Virus record (IMG/VR): IMGVR_UViG_3300006737_000119
Span: 1 to 29,552 of that record
Reading direction: 5' to 3' (one strand)
Source of the DNA: a virus
Taxonomy: Duplodnaviria; Caudoviricetes
DNA length: 29,552 nucleotides
The notes beneath the pieces were generated by a model. It had not been told where the DNA came from. It searched no databases and saw only the letters and a list, made by a program, of their open reading frames with translations. A program made the position numbers and the translations under genes. Below, piece by piece: positions 28,302 to 29,552 of the stretch. Position 1 is the stretch's first letter. Each line of letters begins with the position of its first letter.

Positions 28302-28694
28302 CTATTGTTTTTTTTTACCTGTTTTTAGCTTCATAGCCATTGCAGTTTCTCCTTCCATTTCTTGTTTAGCTTCTTCTTTCAAAAGTTCTTTTCCAGCTTC
28401 AGCATCTTCATCTTTTCTACCGCCAAATAGTTGACCAGCACCACCTAAAAGTCCTTTACCAATTTTACCAATACCCTTCCCTAAATTTTTTCCAAACTTA
28501 GTTTTACCCAAAAGAGCCCCAGCTCCCATTGCTGCTAATCCAACAAATTTGTTAGGACTATCCCCTGGTTCCGCCATTTGAAAAGCTGAAGATGGAGATC
28601 TACCTTCTTTGTTGTTTACTGTTTCAGATCTTTGATTAATACCCGGTAAGGCGTGACCTTTCATTTTAAATGTTGCTTTTGATTTTCTTCCCAT
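28302..28694 (-). CDS. Small basic Gly/Lys-rich hypothetical protein (130 aa; the C-terminus may extend to 28258)
   Basis: Contains TFKMKG, an amphipathic GKGIGKIGKGLLGG stretch and an acidic patch. Ends right after an A9 run. Confidence 0.6.
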   Translation of the reverse strand: MGRKSKATFKMKGHALPGINQRSETVNNKEGRSPSSAFQMAEPGDSPNKFVGLAAMGAGALLGKTKFGKNLGKGIGKIGKGLLGGAGQLFGGRKDEDAEAGKELLKEEAKQEMEGETAMAMKLKTGKKKQ

Positions 28695-28704
28695 TTTTTT
28701 ATTT

Positions 28705-29100
28705 TTATGTATTTTTCTTTTCAGCTTCTTTTTTGGCTTTTGTACCAGCTTTATAAGCTAGTTTTTCCCAAGGAAACTTTTCCCAACCTTCTTCTCTCCA
28801 AGTTCCTTGATAAAGTATTTTTCCATCTTTTCTAGGATATTTTTTACCCTTCCAAGTAACATCGTTGTCTGAGTATCCTAATTCTCCTTTTTTCATACGT
28901 AGCATGTGATCAGCTTCGTGAGCTCCTACCTCTGCTTCTTCAGGACTTCCTTTTTTAATGCTTTTACTTATAAAAACAGTACCATCATTATTAGCTTCAC
29001 CAGCTATACCAGGTGCTAAATCTTTTCTTTTCATTTTAAAAGTTATACCCTTATGTTTAGCACTGCCCTCTATTAAAGATTTTTTTATTTTAAAAGCCAT
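28705..29100 (-). CDS. Putative zincin-like metallopeptidase (131 aa)
   Basis: HEADH (28906-28920) preceded by the beta strands GEANNDGTVFI and followed by PWEKLAY, which supplies a candidate third ligand Glu. Confidence 0.65.
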   Translation of the reverse strand: MAFKIKKSLIEGSAKHKGITFKMKRKDLAPGIAGEANNDGTVFISKSIKKGSPEEAEVGAHEADHMLRMKKGELGYSDNDVTWKGKKYPRKDGKILYQGTWREEGWEKFPWEKLAYKAGTKAKKEAEKKNT

Positions 29101-29101
29101 G

Positions 29102-29542
29102 TTATCTGTTTTTATCCTTTACCATATCGTCTATAGCTTTATTAAAGACTTTATCGGTATACGTTTTATTGTTAAAGAATACACATCTTTCTGACGTAGG
29201 TAAATCTTCTTCACCTAAAAGTATTCTATATATTCTACTTATTAATTGAGAACATTTAAATGATGTTTTGAAAACACTATATTTAATAGTTGTCCTATTG
29301 CGATGCCTCCAAACTTCTATCCAACCTTCTCTTCTGAGTCTCTCCCAACGGTTTTTATCCCAACTCATAGTGTAAATCCCATCTATAAACTCTTGTCGTG
29401 TAAATCTTTCTTTACAATCTAAATAAATTAATAATTCTAAATCTGCGTCTGTTAATCCGTAAGTCTTACAAGCCCACTTTCGTGTGAGCCTGTAATACTT
29501 AAGGATATTCATTTCACGCAGATCCTGCGCGGTTAATCTCAT
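29102..29542 (-). CDS. Putative winged-helix (MarR-like) DNA-binding protein (146 aa)
   Basis: YGLTDADLELLIYL...FTRQEF...WERLRREGWIEV...YSVFKTSFKC follows the MarR-type pattern GLT-x-x-x-x-x-L-L...L-x-x-x-G-x-I. Confidence 0.55.
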   Translation of the reverse strand: MRLTAQDLREMNILKYYRLTRKWACKTYGLTDADLELLIYLDCKERFTRQEFIDGIYTMSWDKNRWERLRREGWIEVWRHRNRTTIKYSVFKTSFKCSQLISRIYRILLGEEDLPTSERCVFFNNKTYTDKVFNKAIDDMVKDKNR

Positions 29543-29552
29543 TCAAAGTTAA

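Noticed and set aside
5603-29194. All other plus-strand ORFs in the track (e.g. 7545-7892, 19588-20001, 24652-24978, 25186-25479)
   Set aside because: Each lies opposite a longer, motif-bearing minus-strand gene and shows no independent coding signal.
1-29552. CRISPR array, tRNA genes, integrase/transposase, diversity-generating retroelement
   Set aside because: Intergenic gaps are all under about 75 nt, and I saw no spaced repeats, cloverleaf, recombinase, reverse transcriptase or template/variable repeat pair. This was by eye only.

Overview
An AT-rich segment of a tailed dsDNA phage genome, with every credible gene (27) on the minus strand as one tightly coupled virion-morphogenesis operon. 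In transcription order (right to left): a winged-helix protein, an HExxH metallopeptidase-like protein, a small basic protein, a 3TM-type holin, a small structural protein, two LamG/ConA-like proteins, two small hypotheticals, a tandem GroES-like protein, a probable small terminase, large terminase, portal, scaffold-like protein, major capsid protein, a conserved virion protein, two tail ring/adaptor-like proteins, a tail stabilisation/muzzle-like protein split over two ORFs, three accessory tail ORFs, a cupin-like protein and three probable ejection/cargo proteins. The last of these is a >=1390-codon ORF (4172 to the left edge) missing from the supplied track. The gene order, the absence of tape-measure or sheath genes and the AT-rich, SD-less start regions point (by inference) to a podovirus-type, crAss-like or related phage of Bacteroidota. 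I see no CRISPR array, tRNA, rRNA or mobile element. All functional calls rest on motif recognition and gene context, not database searches. I cannot demonstrate a new biological system; the best leads are the ejection module (tandem repeat, Ca-binding-like loops, cupin), the split muzzle gene, the tandem GroES, the M[IL]GLG-LamG cassette and a possible A9 slippage site.
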